Positions 62,541 through 64,000 of a DNA stretch of 64,000 bases are shown here, in pieces. The position numbers and the translations under genes are program-made. Numbering within the stretch: position 1 is the first letter of the stretch; each line of letters begins with the position of its first letter. Under the pieces are notes generated by a model. It searched no databases, was not told where the DNA came from, and saw only the letters and a program-made list of their open reading frames with translations. Origin of the DNA: the human T2T-CHM13v2.0 reference genome, Homo sapiens. Location of the stretch: assembly GCF_009914755.1 (NCBI RefSeq), contig NC_060935.1. One strand, written 5' to 3'.

Positions 62541-62833
62541 CTCAGGCTCGGGATGGGGTGAAGGAGGTCACATTTCCTGCCTTCACAGCTTTTTGGAACA
62601 AATATCAGTATAGATATCAGCATAAAAACCAGGCAATTTCCCAGACCACAGAGGAGAACTTGTGGTGTGTAGAAAAGAGCCGCAATTTCCAATCCTGTAC
62701 CAGACTGACTACAGAAGTTCTGTGTGGCCTTACGCAACACCTTTCCTCTTCTGAGCCTCAGTTTTGTCATTACTAAAAAATGGATCTTTCTAGCTCTGCA
62801 GCATATAGTTCTATGGTTTAATTCAATGAGGCT

Positions 62834-62969
62834 GGATGGATGAGTGGGTAGGTGGATAGATGAATGGGTGCAGGATGGGTTGGGGGAGGGATGGTGGATG
62901 GATGGGTGGGTGGATGGTGGGTGGATAGGTAGATGGGTGGCTGGGTGGGTGGGTAGATGGATAGATGGA
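62834..62969. repeat. Degenerate (GGAT/GGGT)n simple repeat
   Basis: Direct read. Confidence 0.85.
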
Positions 62970-63023
62970 GCCTTTCTGCTCTCTCCAGCTCCACCTGCAG
63001 CTCTGTAGTCCAAGGTAAGGCCA

Positions 63024-63044
63024 GTCAGCACCACAGACAGCACC
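63024..63044 (+). promoter_or_regulatory. Candidate RE1/NRSE (REST site) in intron 2
   Basis: gtcagcaccacagacagcacc fits NTYAGMRCCNNRGMSAG at every position. Confidence 0.6.
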
Positions 63045-64000
63045 ATTACCACGGACTTATCTTTCATTCACCCCAGGTACCAAGAAAGGGGAGCCTGTTC
63101 TGAGTCAGGCCTCCTCTGAAGCCAGGGTTGGGGCTCAGCCGTGGGCTAGATCTGCATTTCTGCACTTATCTGGGGAGAGGAGAGGGTCTGGACTAAATTA
63201 CTTCTAACTCATTCTTAAAGCCTAAGATTCTATGAAACCAGAGACCTTGGTCTTATCCCCTTTGGAGCCACAAGCACAAGACCAACGCCCTTCCTGAGGG
63301 TTGGGGTCGCTGCCATAAGATCTTTCCTGTTTCATCTTCATGAGTCTCTATGCCTTTCCCCATCTCCACAGGTCCTCCTATGGCTCACCCCACTGCCTGG
63401 CACTGGCTCCATGCCTCCTTCTCTGGAAGGAAGCCTCACAGTGCCCCTCACACTGGCCTACAGGAAGGCAATAACATCAAACTCAAGAGTCAAGTACCTC
63501 CCAAGGTCCGGCTGTGCTCTTGGGACTGTCCGTTCACACTGATTCATGCAACTCTGCTTGTGTTAGGTCCTCTGTGAGGCCCTCCTCTCTCTCTGGGCCT
63601 TGGTGTCCCCTTCTGTAAAGGGAAGGGTCCTTCTAGATCCCCCAGGACCTCGGAGCCCTCTCATTCTCTGTCCATCATCCCTTCCCTTCCTTTCGGGTGG
63701 ACCTCCCTGCCTTCCTCCCTGCCTCCCCCGGCCGACGTCCACCTCTGTCCCAGGCTGCACTCCTGTTCCTCTCCAGGAGTCTTGACGTCTTTTCCCACCT
63801 CCGCGTCCTCTCTTCCTCTCATAGCTTCTCCTCCCACTCTCCATCTCTCTCCTGCATACTTCCTGCCCCCACCTACTCCTGTGTCTCCAGCCCACTCCTC
63901 CCACAAACCTCCAAATAGTCACCTTGAGAACACTGGGAGAAAGCACCTAACTCAAGAGAAGCGCCCACAGAATGGGAAACCCAGGAAGGCAGCTAGAGGG

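Noticed and set aside
59000-64000. MIR139 hairpin, known to lie in PDE2A intron 2
   Set aside because: I looked for the miR-139-5p complement (ctggagacacgtgcactgtaga) and did not find it; it probably lies just outside the window.

Overview
Human (or very close primate) genomic DNA carrying the 3' ~39 kb of PDE2A (cGMP-stimulated 3',5'-cyclic nucleotide phosphodiesterase 2A) on the minus strand. I traced 29 GT-AG coding exons (58981 down to stop 25901). They join in frame to 893 aa that match residues 49-941 of human PDE2A as I recall it (N-terminal region, GAF-A, GAF-B, catalytic domain), followed by a ~1.25 kb 3' UTR with AATAAA at 24675-24680. The first ~24.6 kb is repeat-dense intergenic DNA (Alu, L1, L2, MLT1, solo LTR2, LTR8, MER4-type LTR, MER1A, Tigger4) and has a probable plus-strand spliced lncRNA near 19-21.7 kb. 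Nearly all ORF-track entries are spurious. I find no new protein-coding system. The most interesting unexplained structures are: (1) a 78-bp near-perfect inverted repeat in intron 4 whose two mismatches are both A:C in the pre-mRNA and whose arms hide a splice acceptor and donor; (2) a ~1.95 kb G-rich VNTR in the same intron; (3) a 124-bp direct repeat bracketing exon 22; (4) candidate RE1/REST and CTCF sites; (5) several nested or duplicated repeat structures. Exon numbers and repeat family names come from memory, not from a search.
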